Assembly: GCF_001194135.2 (NCBI RefSeq)
Contig: NC_068982.1
Coordinates: forward strand, 134,913,986 to 134,950,037
Direction of reading: 5' to 3'
From: Octopus bimaculoides
Taxonomy: Eukaryota
Length of the DNA stretch: 36,052 nucleotides
Shown: positions 22,713 to 34,086 of the stretch, piece by piece
Numbering within the stretch: position 1 is the stretch's first letter
Layout: each line of letters begins with the position of its first letter
Position numbers and translations under genes: made by a program
The notes under the pieces: model-generated
Told to the model about the DNA's origin: nothing
Databases searched by the model: none
The model's input: the letters and a program-made list of their open reading frames with translations, nothing else

Positions 22713-23733
22713 TATTGGCTCATTCCATAAATAATGCAGTTCTTTGAATTGCATGAACTAAAAGTAGGAGGGGGACGGGATAAACTACCTGCATCAACTG
22801 GCTATAAAAGCAGGTAGTAATTTTACCTTGTACTTATTCTTAGTGAAAGTTTTGAAGAGTGCAGTTCGATTTTAACAGTTATTTCTTCAAAATTATAATG
22901 GAAGTGGAAAAGGAGCATATTTGGCATATTTTGCTTTATGATTTCAATAAAGGCAACAACACAATGAAAAGTGTGAGGAATATTAATGCAGTATATGGGG
23001 ATTGGTCAATAAGCGTAAGCCAGTGTCAATGGTGGTTCCAGAAATTCTGAGCCAGAAACTACAGCCTAGAAGATGAGCCTCGTTCTGGAAGCTCTGTAGA
23101 GCTCGACGAGGACGTCCTGCAAACTCTGGTGGAACAAAATCCCATCGTAACTATTAAGGAAATAGCAGAGAAGCTTTCATTTGGTCATTCAACCATTCAT
23201 CGACACCTGTGTGCCATCTGATAAGTCACAAACATCCTCACAAACTTTCAGAGTCTAATCGTACGCAGAGAGTGAATATGTGCTCTTCTTTGCTTTCACG
23301 TCTCACAAACTAACATTTTTTTTTATCGAATAGTGATGGGTGACAAGAAATGGGTTCTCTATAAAAGTGTGAAGCGCCGAAGACAGTGGGTAGGGGAAGG
23401 AGAAACACCGGCACCCCCAGGCTAAAGAAGGTCTTTACCCACGTAAAGTGTTGTTATCTGTTTAGTGGAATATGAAATGTTTAGTCCACTTTGAGCTTTT
23501 AAAGCCAAATCAAACGATAACAAAGGAAATCTACTGTGAGCAGCTTAAGTGAGCGCTAGAAGAAAAGCGACCATCTTTGGTTTTAAGACGAAAGGTGTAC
23601 CTCCATCAGGATAATGCTCGGCCACATGCAGTAAAGATGACATTCCAAAGGCTAGGGAAGTTCGAATGGGAAACGATGCCCCACCCATCATATTCACCGG
23701 ACATTACCCCATCTGATTATCATTTATTCCGCT
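22713..23733 (+). mobile_element. Decayed mariner element, nearly full-length transposase pseudogene, 3' end lost
   Basis: TA at 22711-22712. ATG at 22898: MEVEKEHIWHILLYDF...QWWFQKF*ARNYSLEDEPRSG. Later motifs are MGDKKW (first D region), LHQDNARPH and HPSYSPDITPSDYHLFR. Multiple stops and frameshifts. Confidence 0.95.
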
Positions 23734-23734
23734 G

Positions 23735-23848
23735 TCGGTGTATTTACCGATAGAATAAGTACTAGGCTTACAAAGAATAAGTTCTAGGATTGATTTGTTC
23801 GACGAAAGATGGTGCTCCAGCATGGCCGCACTCAAGACTGACAGAAAT
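23735..23848 (+). mobile_element. SINE family A 3' fragment
   Basis: ccgatagaataagtactaggcttacaaagaataag...ggtgctccagcatggccgca. Confidence 0.85.
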
Positions 23849-24153
23849 AATATATATATATATATATATATATANNNNNNNNNNNNNNNNNNNNNNNNNN
23901 NNNNNNNNNNNNNNNNNNNNNNNNNNNNNNNNNNNNNNNNNNNNNNNNNNNNNNNNNNNNNNNNNNNNNNNNNNNNNNNNNNNNNNNNNNNNNNNNNNNN
24001 NNNNNNNNNNNNNNNNNNNNNNNNNNNNNNNNNNNNNNNNNNNNNNNNNNNNNNNNNNNNNNNNNNNNNNNNNNNNNNNNNNNNNNNNNNNNNNNNNNNN
24101 NNNNNNNNNNNNNNNNNNNNNNNNNNNNNNNNNNNNNNNNNNNNNNNNNTATG

Positions 24154-24192
<39 letters not shown>

Positions 24193-24202
24193 ATGTGTGT
24201 GT

Positions 24203-24488
24203 GGAAGCGCAATGGCCCAGTGGTTAGTGCAGAGGATCTCAGTTTCGATTCCCAGACCGAGTGTTGTGAGTGTTTATTGAGCGAAAACACCTAAGCTCCA
24301 CAAGGCTCCGGCAGGGTTGGTGGCGACCCCTGTTGTACTCTTTCGCCCCAACTTTCTCTCACTCTTTCTTCCTGTTTCTTGAGTAACGCTGCGATGGACT
24401 GGCGTCCCGTCCAGTTGCGGGGAACACATACGCCATAGAAACCGGGAAACCGGGCCCATGAGCCTGGCTAGGCTTTAAAAGGGCGCAT
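24203..24488 (+). mobile_element. SINE with family B head and an alternative 3' module; (AAAT)n tail
   Basis: Shares sequence with 34087-34280 up to cctgtttct (24379), then continues ctgcgatggactggcgtcccgtccag...agaaaccggg; followed by (AAAT)n/(AAT)n. Confidence 0.88.
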
Positions 24489-24736
24489 AAATAAATAAAT
24501 GAATAAATAAATAAAAAATATAATAATAATAAGCCTCCACGCAGTTTCCCTTTGCAACGTGAGCTTGTTAACCACACAGATATGTTTGCGCCTATATAGC
24601 CAATTCCTAGACTTTCTAAAAAATACTCACCCAGTTCTGTATATAACTACACACATGCACTGTCAACCTTGACCGACAGAGACCCGACTCGTAAAACACT
24701 TAGATAGAATCCAATTGCCACATCATTTTGAATCTG

Positions 24737-25140
24737 GGATCTTTTTTAAAACGGGGGCCACATTTTTCATTAATGTTTTACGTAGTGTTTTTGGTACCGA
24801 AAGACTTTCAAACTTCGTATACTTATCTATTTTGTGTTATAGAACAGAAAAATATTTTTGTATTCGAATTTATTTCATGTAAAAAATTGTCTTATTTCGA
24901 TAATTTCAACCAATCACTGACGTCCATTCAGCCGATATACATTAAGTGCCGACTACATAAACANNNNNNNNNNNNNNNNNNNNNNNNNNNNNNNNNNNNN
25001 NNNNNNNNNNNNNNNNNNNNNNNNNNNNNNNNNNNGAAGACTAAGAGAAAAAGATGTTTTATATGACACATTCTACCAGTGTTCCAAGTTTCAAAGTGTT
25101 TCGTTAATGAAAAATGTGGCCCCCGTTTTAAAAAAGATCC
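24737..25140. mobile_element. MITE with about 38-bp TIRs and 8-bp TSD (Merlin- or hAT-like)
   Basis: TIR ggatcttttttaaaacgggggccacatttttcattaa is inverted at both ends. TSD tgaatctg at 24729-24736 and 25141-25148. Gap 24964-25035 lies inside. Confidence 0.88.
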
Positions 25141-25156
25141 TGAATCTGTTTTATTC

Positions 25157-25369
25157 TTTTCTGTTCTAGGCATACGGCCCGAAATTTTGTGAGAGGAGTC
25201 CAGTCGATTAGGTCCACCCCAGTACGCAACTGCTACTTAATTTATCGACCCCAAAAGGATGAAAGGCAAAGTCGACCTTGGCGAAATTTGAACTCAGAAC
25301 GTAACGGCAGTCGAAATACCGCTAAGCATTTCGCCTGGCGTGCTAACGTTTCTGTCAGCTCGTCGCCTT
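25157..25369 (-). mobile_element. SINE family C, full length with 16-bp TSD
   Basis: Reverse complement of the 11101 copy head and body; perfect tgaatctgttttattc at 25141-25156 and 25370-25385. Confidence 0.92.
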
Positions 25370-26896
25370 TGAATCTGTTTTATTCGTTTAGTTATTAAAG
25401 ATTTATCTAAGAGATTCGTTATTCGCACGGAAGCGGTATTAGTACCGAAAAGCAATCTGTATATCTTACTTAACATATTGTGCTAAAAAACATTCAGTTG
25501 CCACATCTTTTTGAGTTTCTGTGTTATTTCTCAGTTATTACAGATTTATTTAAAATACTTTAGAAGATACTATGTAATGTCAATAGAGATTATTTCCATA
25601 TGGGAAAGAAAAATCGTACTATTTCAAAGACAAACGGAAACTATGAATCCCATCATCTCATTTAGTTGTAAATGACACCGGTTAAACTATAACTGCAGAA
25701 TTTACTTGATGTATTGACAACGATTAAGTATGATATTTGTTGTGGATAATGATTGTAACATACAAAAACATACAGTTTATTCGGAACGAATGACCGTAAT
25801 ATTACATACTGAAAAGAATACGTTCGTAATGAAAGGGGGAAAAGATAACCATCAGTTATGTTCTAAATAAGAAAGAGAACTTTATGTGTGTGTGTGTGTG
25901 AGAGAGAGAGAGAGTATATATATATATATATTATATNNNNNNNNNNNNNNNNNNNNNNNNNNNNNNNNNNNNNNNNNNNNNNNNNNNNNNNNNNNNNNNN
26001 NNNNNNNNNNNNNNNNNNNNNNNNNNNNNNNNNNNNNNNNNNNNNNNNNNNNNNNNNNNNNNNNNNNNNNNNNNNNNNNNNNNNNNNNNNNNNNNNNNNN
26101 NNNNNNNNNNNNNNNNNNNNNNNNNNNNNNNNNNNNNNNNNNNNNNNNNNNNNNNNNNNNNNNNNNNNNNNNNNNNNNNNNNNNNNNNNNNNNNNNNNNN
26201 NNNNNNNNNNNNNNNNNNNNNNNNNNNNNNNNNNNNNNNNNNNNNNNNNNNNNNNNNNNNNNNNNNNNNNNNNNNNNNNNNNNNNNNNNNNNNNNNNNNN
26301 NNNNNNNNNNNNNNNNNNNNNNNNNNNNNNNNNNNNNNNNNNNNNNNNNNNNNNNNNNNNNNNNNNNNNNNNNNNNNNNNNNNNNNNNNNNNNNNNNNNN
26401 NNNNNNNNNNNNNNNNNNNNNNNNNNNNNNNNNNNNNNNNNNNNNNNNNNNNNNNNNNNNNNNNNNNNNNNNNNNNNNNNNNNNNNNNNNNNNNNNNNNN
26501 NNNNNNNNNNNNNNNNNNNNNNNNNNNNNNNNNNNNNNNNNNNNNNNNNNNNNNNNNNNNNNNNNNNNNNNNNNNNNNNNNNNNNNNNNNNNNNNNNNNN
26601 NNNNNNNNNNNNNNNNNNNNNNNNNNNNNNNNNNNNNNNNNNNNNNNNNNNNNNNNNNNNNNNNNNNNNNNNNNNNNNNNNNNNNNNNNNNNNNNNNNNN
26701 NNNNNNNNNNNNNNNNNNNNNNNNNNNNNNNNNNNNNNNNNNNNNNNNNNNNNNNNNNNNNNNNNNNNNNNNNNNNNNNTATATATATATATATCCAAGA
26801 ATCCACATTGTCATAATAGATAAAGGTTATGTCAAATTGGTGAACAGTATATAATACACATAATAGACAATCCTTTGTTACTAGAAAACAGTTCAT

Positions 26897-26905
26897 ATCT
26901 ATCTG

Positions 26906-26960
<55 letters not shown>
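26897..26960. repeat. (TATC)n microsatellite
   Basis: Seen directly. Confidence 0.95.
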
Positions 26961-26962
<2 letters not shown>

Positions 26963-27250
26963 ATATGTTGGGTATATCCAATTGTATTTGTACGCACACA
27001 AGTTCAAAGAAAAATATGTATGTGTAAAATATGCCCAAACATACGTAACTGACGAAAATAATTTTCCGAGTATTGAAGACAAAGGCCCCTTGGAGAGTAT
27101 TTATCGCCTCAGTAACTATTAACAGACGCTAAAGAACTATCAACAACACTGTCCTTCACAGTTCATAACGACGAAGAAGGAGTCGAAGGAGTCGAAAACA
27201 TCGATTTATTTAAACATTGCCTGACAGCAACCATGTTTTCTCTGTCCAGC

Positions 27251-27360
27251 GTCTCTCTCCGTCTCTTTCCGTCTCTCTCCGTCTCTTTCCGTCTCTCTCC
27301 GTCTCTTTCCGTCTCTCTCCGTCTCTTTCCGTCTCTCTCCGTCTCTTTCCGTCTCTCTCC
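27251..27360. repeat. Perfect 20-bp minisatellite of alternating decamers gtctctctcc/gtctctttcc (5.5 units)
   Basis: Eleven decamers alternate strictly ABABABABABA. Confidence 0.97.
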
Positions 27361-27579
27361 GTTCCTGCCTCTGTCTTCTATTTCTCTTTCAATAATGTAA
27401 ATAAGACTGTACAGATCATGCTCTATCCCTGATATTAGACTCCATCTAATGACGTCAAAACTATGGTGGATGTCAAAAATGCTTAGCAACGTTAAAGCTG
27501 CAACAGAAACTGCAATATCCCAAGCCGCGTCGTTGGAACTTCGTATTTCATATGTTTTTCATTTTGCTTTTTTAGTCGC

Positions 27580-27650
27580 TTGTTGTTGTTGTTGTTGTTG
27601 TGTCGTTTTACTGCTAATGGTGTTTCTGTCATAGGCGTTGTCATAGTCGT

Positions 27651-27687
<37 letters not shown>
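27580..27687. repeat. (TTG)n and (CT)n microsatellites
   Basis: Seen directly. Confidence 0.9.
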
Positions 27688-27691
<4 letters not shown>

Positions 27692-28723
27692 TTCTTTTTC
27701 TTTTTCGTTGCTGGAAAAGAAAACAAATGAATGTTCAATAAGTGCTCAAACTCAAGAAGAAAAAAAAACCTTACATTTTAAAAAATATCACTAGAAATTA
27801 TAGCTAATGAATTATTTTCCTCTGGGGTTACCTTCATATTAGTCTCTAGTCACTCCCTCTCCCTCTCAGTTTCTCTCTCACGCATGTGCACTAACGAACT
27901 ACTTTATTGACAAAAAATCTAGGGTAAAGNNNNNNNNNNNNNNNNNNNNNNNNNNNNNNNNNNNNNNNNNNNNNNNNNNNNNNNNNNNNNNNNNNNNNNN
28001 NNNNNNNNNNNNNNNNNNNNNNNNNNNNNNNNNNNNNNNNNNNNNNNNNNNNNNNNNNNNNNNNNNNNNNNNNNNNNNNNNNNNNNNNNNNNNNNNNNNN
28101 NNNNNNNNNNNNNNNNNNNNNNNNNNNNNNNNNNNNNNNNNNNNNNNNNNNNNNNNNNNNNNNNNNNNNNNNNNNNNNNNNNNNNNNNNNNNNNNNNNNN
28201 NNNNNNNNNNNNNNNNNNNNNNNNNNNNNNNNNNNNNNNNNNNNNNNNNNNNNNNNNNNNNNNNNNNNNNNNNNNNNNNNNNNNNNNNNNNNNNNNNNNN
28301 NNNNNNNNNNNNNNNNNNNNNNNNNNNNNNNNNNNNNNNNNNNNNNNNNNNNNNNNNNNNNNNNNNNNNNNNNNNNNNNNNNNNNNNNNNNNNNNNNNNN
28401 NNNNNNNNNNNNNNNNNNNNNNNNNNNNNNNNNNNNNNNNNNNNNNNNNNNNNNNNNNNNNNNNNNNNNNNNNNNNNNNNNNNNNNNNNNNNNNNNNNNN
28501 NNNNNNNNNNNNNNNNNNNNNNNNNNNNNNNNNNNNNNNNNNNNNNNNNNNNNNNNNNNNNNNNNNNNNNNNNNNNNNNNNNNNNNNNNNNNNNNNNNNN
28601 NNNNNNNNNNNNNNNNNNNNNNNNNNNNNNNNNNNNNNNNNNNNNNNNNNNNNNNNNNNNNNNNNNNNNNNNNNNNNNNNNNNNNNNNNNNNNNNNNNNN
28701 NNNNNNNNNNNNNNNNNNNNNNN

Positions 28724-28785
28724 AAGCGATGTTGGGTGGGTGGGGGTGCGGTGGTGGGCAAACACAGACACGCAAACGTATACAC

Positions 28786-28850
<65 letters not shown>

Positions 28851-29010
28851 CATATATACGACAGGCTTCTACCAAATTCACTCACAAGGCTTTGGTCGGC
28901 CTGAGGCTATAGTAGAAGACACTTGCCCAAGGTGCCACGCAGTAGGACTGAACCCAGAACCATGTGGTTCGTAAGCAAACTACTTACCACACAGCCATTC
29001 CTACGCTTAT
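28724..29010 (-). mobile_element. SINE family A, 5' half (rest in gap), internal (TA)n
   Basis: Collinear with 1405-1650. Confidence 0.9.
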
Positions 29011-29580
29011 ATTTATATATATATATATTTTTTTAATACAATATTATTTTAGACATATATATCTTCGTGAGGAATTTTTTGATATTGAATTTCATGCTAT
29101 TATTTCAAAATACAGTATACATGTGTTCTAGATGCATTTTGGATGTTTGAAGTGTGGTGTTATATTGCAAGGCCCGCCGAGGAGTATTTCCCCAACTTTT
29201 AGAGAGGTGTTGGCTGCTACACAGGTAGAGATTTTGATCGATATCCATAGAGAAGCTTCTCGACTGGCTGGTATAAAATCACTTATAGACATGCTCCTTC
29301 TTTGACCTACAATCATACTGTCTCCTGCCCGCTTTTTCTGTTGCAACTATAACAGCCTGTTCCTCGAAGCCAACTGGTCTTGTACCTTCTCTATTCAGGC
29401 ACAACAAAACCCATTCGTCGTTCTACCTTTCGTCAACTTTGTGTCCAACCTTTTATCCACCCCCTTTGCTTTTCATTCTATCTTTGTTTTGATTTCTTTT
29501 TTTTTGTTCCTTTGAATCTTCTCTGGACTGTTTTCTTCTCTTTGTTATAATTATAATTACTACTGTTATTCGCCTTCCTT

Positions 29581-29783
29581 TAAGGCTGACGGTATCTTTA
29601 GCACGACGGGGAAAAACGCATAGCATTTCGTCTGTCTTTACGTTCTGAGTTCAAATTCCGCCGAGGTCCCCATTGTCTTTTATCTCTTCGGGATCGATAA
29701 AATAAGCACTTAGGTCGATGTAATCAACAAATCCCTCCCCCAAAATTGCTGGCCTTGTGACAAAATTTGAAGCCATTATTATT
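29581..29783 (+). mobile_element. Diverged SINE family C copy
   Basis: atttcgtctgtctttacgttctgagttcaaattccgccgaggtc...ggccttgtgacaaaatttgaa. Confidence 0.8.
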
Positions 29784-30065
29784 CATCTTGCCTCTCATCT
29801 GTTTCTACGATTATTCTCCCATTCTTATTTTACATTGTGTTTATCTTTGCTGAAACACGATACAAACTATTAAATGTTAAACTTACAAGCGAAGCAAGAT
29901 AAAAAGAAGCGTACATACACACAGCTCTTCTTTCTTTTCCCCGTCTCTCGGCCAACTTGAAAGCAATTCTAAGAAAGAAAAAAGAAGAAAACGACAACAA
30001 TAAACCCAAACCCCTCCGCATTGTTTAATCATGCTACATAATTTTGCAATTAAATTTTGTTGCAG

Positions 30066-30203
30066 GCTCCATTCGACCGGATCTTTACCCACGCAAAGAA
30101 ACTATCTTACAACAATGCTCTCAACAGAAGTGTTACGGTCGACTTCACTTGCGTCTCAAGTATGACTTTAGGACTTCTGACCTTGTTGTACACCTGATTG
30201 AAG
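30066..30203 (+). CDS. Syt: Internal coding exon (phase 1 to phase 1) encoding the end of the linker and first strands of a synaptotagmin-type C2A domain
   Basis: Acceptor ttttgttgcag|GC and donor GAAG|gtaac. 138 nt: (G)SIRPDLYPRKETILQQCSQQKCYGRLHLRLKYDFRTSDLVVHLIE. The G-x-I-x-P-x-LY motif followed by GRL-x-x-x-L-x-YDF...L-x-V-x-LIE matches the start of synaptotagmin C2A. The symbol is family level only; the paralogue (Syt-beta/Syt15-like suspected) is not resolved. Confidence 0.85.
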
Positions 30204-30223
30204 GTAACAATCTTTTCTTGTTA

Positions 30224-30240
30224 TCGTCGTCGTCGTCGTT

Positions 30241-30281
<41 letters not shown>

Positions 30282-30303
30282 TATTATTATTATTATTATT
30301 ATT
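30224..30303. repeat. Compound trinucleotide tract (TCG)5-(TCA)13-(TTA)n
   Basis: Seen directly; starts 20 nt after the donor of the C2A exon. Confidence 0.95.
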
Positions 30304-30820
30304 GAGTGAGAGAGCAGCGCATGCCATCAAAGTGACACTGGGGTAAAATATACGAAGCCTAAGACACCCACCATGACTACCCGTCTGATAAGGGTACACC
30401 AGGCACATGCATCATAGCCACATGTGTGCGACATGGTGATCTCATATCAAGATAAACAGTGCATGACCTCGCAGGTGGGGTCCAGTTACAATTTTCTTCA
30501 GGCCATCTCCCCCAAAAGGTCCCTGAATAAGGTTTGTTTAAGGATGTTGAGCAAAACACCCATGTTTCAAAGGTGAATTATTCAAACCCCAAAGAATTCC
30601 TCTCAACACATGGCTATGATGCTCCCCCACTACTTCTGCTCATGATCAGAGATGCACATATCGTCAGCCACCAAGGGACATGCTCAACTGGTTAAGGTCA
30701 AACAACTGACAAGCAAATCTGTGGTGTTAAGCAGAATATTTGCTGTAGCCCATCTTTTATACCAAGACAAAACAATGTACATGATAGCACCTTCAATCAG
30801 TTAAGATCAGAAGCCATGTT
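30304..30820 (-). mobile_element. Interspersed repeat, probably the 3' portion of a non-LTR retroelement ending in the (TAA)n tract
   Basis: GC-richer block abutting the (TTA)n tract; recalled as an abundant octopus repeat. No coding motif recognised. Confidence 0.45.
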
Positions 30821-30829
30821 CCACTGCTA

Positions 30830-31478
30830 CATACGGGTTTCGACATACTGTGGTTAATGATTCACAGATAGGCACTGAAGTTACGACTTCTCTAACGATT
30901 CCTAGTCGGTGAACAGTTATGATAACCGTTTGTCAGACTCGTTGTTTCCCCAGTTCGTCTTTTTGACTGAGCTGTGATTACTGGCGTTTGCAATGCAGAA
31001 TGTCATCAATCACAGCTCAGCCCTCTACCTGTTGGACAACATGGTAGGTGGAAATTCCACGTTGGTGTTCTATAGCAGGTTAATAGCGGGCAAAAGCGAT
31101 GACGTTCTCGAGGAAACTCTGATTATCGGTGAAAATCAGTGGGCTGATCTGATCTAGTGGACTTTAAGTCTGGCTTCAAGCATAATTTCCGTAAATTCTT
31201 GGTCTGCTAGTGCCATCTCGAGGTATTTCCGGTTTAAAACAAATTCTACACGTACAGAAGAGCCATCAACAGCCTGCCTGAGATGTGCGCTGGGCGACGA
31301 AACCAGTCTGCACGCACTCATCCAGTGCTAGATTATTGTTGATTGATGAAGTTTTGTCAAACATCTGCTGTTACGTCTGAGACGAGTCCAGCTATTAGCT
31401 GAGTCCATTGTGAAGATTGTTCCGCTGCCTTCTGTAAGTCAGGAAGCGGAGCCGGTTTTTATTTGTCTTGTGACATTT
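30830..31478 (+). pseudogene. L1/Tx1-like LINE ORF2 C-terminal relic
   Basis: CLRCALGDETSLHALIQC (31275-31328) is a C-X2-C-X8-H-X4-C zinc knuckle typical of L1/Tx1 ORF2; the flanks are degenerate with stops. Confidence 0.75.
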
Positions 31479-31634
31479 ATCTGGTTGAGTTGAGTAGGGG
31501 TTCGGCAAAAGAGACCGATAGCATAATAACAGATTGACATCAGCTTGGCATAAACTATTCACCTCCAAGCTAGGCTCACATGGAAAGTTGAACAGGGAAA
31601 AGGAAATCAATCGGACAAAGAAAGAAAAAAAAAA

Positions 31635-31810
31635 ATTTTAACGTCGGCACAAAGACACGCGCTTTGAAGAATACTATGAATCATTGGTACTTTGTTTTAT
31701 TTACTCCAAAAGGATAAATATAAAAGTTAAACATGCCAGAATTTGAACTTAGATTTACAGACCAGTTATTAAATAAAATAAAGCATTTTGTTTGACGCTC
31801 TAATGATTTT
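31635..31810 (-). mobile_element. Very diverged SINE family C copy
   Basis: ccaaaaggataaa...gaatttgaacttag...aagcattttgtttgacgctctaatgatt is in reverse family order. Confidence 0.55.
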
Positions 31811-33040
31811 TGAAACAGTATCTTTTCGCCGGTGGTTCGTTGTTTCACACTTAATACACTTATCCTTGTCTATAAGTACCAAGGGATAAGCAGGTATATG
31901 TCACTGCTGTATTTAAAAGAAGCTATAATTAACTCGTATTTTATCAACTTGATACCCTGGATTCAATCTACAGGAAAACCACTTGTGAATACTTTCCACA
32001 AGAACTCTCTCTCTCTCTCTTGTGATACATTCCACGATAAAAGTGGTTTGGAAGAAAGAAGTACCTATAAGATTAATCAATGCAGCATTCGCATCTAAGC
32101 GAACTTCCTTCACGAAATATCTATGACAGCATTATTTGAATGAAGAACCAGTTTTTAATGAAATGTATCTCACTTGAAATCTTCCAAAATATTGACTAAC
32201 TTCGTGTTGTGGGTTAATAATGTCCATATTGATTTTTAATTAATTCTCATTTCTGAATGAATCCATTTTGTCTCCCAAGTAAATGACTCTTGTTAAAATA
32301 GTTTATGACATATCACAATTGTTTACGACATTGTTGTTGAGTCGAGTTAGCGCTTTTAATTTTATTTTATTTCATATCTTCTAAAAGTAAAGTCTCAAAA
32401 GATTAGAACACTAAACGAAGAAAATAGAAATAAATTTTTCTGACTGAACAATGCTTAAAGACAGAGTGAAGACACTTCTTCCGCACAGTATTTGAAGGAA
32501 GATTTTAATAACTGTCTAAGAAAATATGTGATTAAATAAAGATCGAAGTATTAACAGAATACTAATACAAGAGACATATTCCACTTGAGAAATCTGTAAA
32601 ATAATTAATGAGTCAATTAGCGATGATCTGATTACTAAGTAACATAAATTTTATGCGTAAAATCCTAAAAGATCATATTTAATACAAGTAAACCATCTTT
32701 GTTTTTGTGATTAGTTAGAAGGAGAGAAGGTGCAAGATAGAGAGGAGGAGAGAGACAGAGAAAGAAGGGTTTGATTAGTGCTCATGAGATTTGTAGATAT
32801 TTCCATTCTGTTGAGGTTGATCAAATACAGCGTCTGTAGGTCGATGCTTGTAGAAATAAACATGATTAGACTTGGAATTCCAGAGAAGTGTAGTTTTAAG
32901 GCGATAATAATTGAGCAAAGTGTTTCGTATGGAATTTGGTGGTGGAATGGAGACATGCAAGAAATAATGATTGAACACGAGGAAAGCGATACCGTTTCAA
33001 AACGAAGGATAAATACTTCTACTGAAGAGTCAGCAGTGAC

Positions 33041-33044
33041 TCTC

Positions 33045-33104
<60 letters not shown>

Positions 33105-33146
33105 NNNNNNNNNNNNNNNNNNNNNNNNNNNNNNNNNNNNNNNNNN

Positions 33147-33221
<75 letters not shown>

Positions 33222-33275
33222 GCGCACTCATAGTATATTATATATATATATATATTCGTGTGTGTGTGTGTGTAT
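33041..33275. repeat. (CT)n/(CA)n/(TA)n/(GT)n microsatellite with a gap
   Basis: Seen directly. Confidence 0.95.
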
Positions 33276-34086
33276 AAAACGTCACAATAGGAAGAGATTG
33301 TATTGCAGTTTGTTTGTAGAATGCACTCTAATGAATCTTGCACTGATGCTGCATATATTGATCTTATGAAGATGAAGACACACTGTCACAAGAGCAAGGA
33401 TGAAGATGGAATATTCCCAAGAAGTGATAGATTGTCATCTCAAATATAGCATCTTTCAAGCATGGATTACACAGATCAAGAGCCAGTTATGTCTGTGTAA
33501 GAGCTCTAATTTTGGATATATTGAGAAAGTCAAGAAAATAGTTCCAGCTTGGACTATACAACTTCTTGCCAAGAATATCTCCAATACTGATATAAATTTT
33601 CCTGCATAAAACCATGTTCGTTGTATAAGCTTTTTAAAGCAAATTTGAGAAGTGCATATTTGTTCAACGGCTTTTAATGAACAGCTTATATGGATGGGTG
33701 TTTTCACGTGAAATATTTGAAACACAATGTTTATATGTTCAACACAAATTCAGAGGATCGTGTGATTTTGAAAACTTGAGTTGGATTATATGATTATGCA
33801 GCGGTTCCGTGATCATACAACTGAAGTAGGAAGAGCTAGCGCCCAGGATAGAGGATAAGTTTGAAAGGGAGATAGAAGATGAAAGTGTTTTGAGTAATAT
33901 TTGGTTATTTGTAAAACGTATAAGGGAGGAAACTGTCTGATACAAACAGCTTAAATAGGCAAATGATTCGATTTCTGTTCTAACAGCAACAGGGTGAGCG
34001 GAATGAAAAAGGGGTTGTTGGCATCGACGTCACGAAAGGGACTGACTTCAGAGAAAGTTGATCTGACCCTTATTACAGGTCAAGGT

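Noticed and set aside
24570-24720. Segment containing gtcaaccttgaccga that seemed familiar as a retroelement-associated repeat
   Set aside because: Single copy in the window with no structural hallmark; cannot be supported without a database search.
27162-27400. Acceptor-like ccttcacag with a phase-1 open frame (HNDEEGVEGVENIDL...) through the minisatellite
   Set aside because: Most of the frame is repeat-derived and no donor or homology supports it.
15121-28885. Many 130-330 aa ORFs made mostly of X
   Set aside because: They run through N gaps. The gaps are mostly bounded by (AT)n tracts and are assembly artefacts, although they could hide small exons.
32711-33040. Stretch open for about 90-110 codons on both strands, downstream of the C2A exon
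   Set aside because: No C2 motifs and no usable splice sites; the ORF lengths are inflated by the adjacent (CT)n tract and gap. The next Syt exon was not found in 30204-36052.
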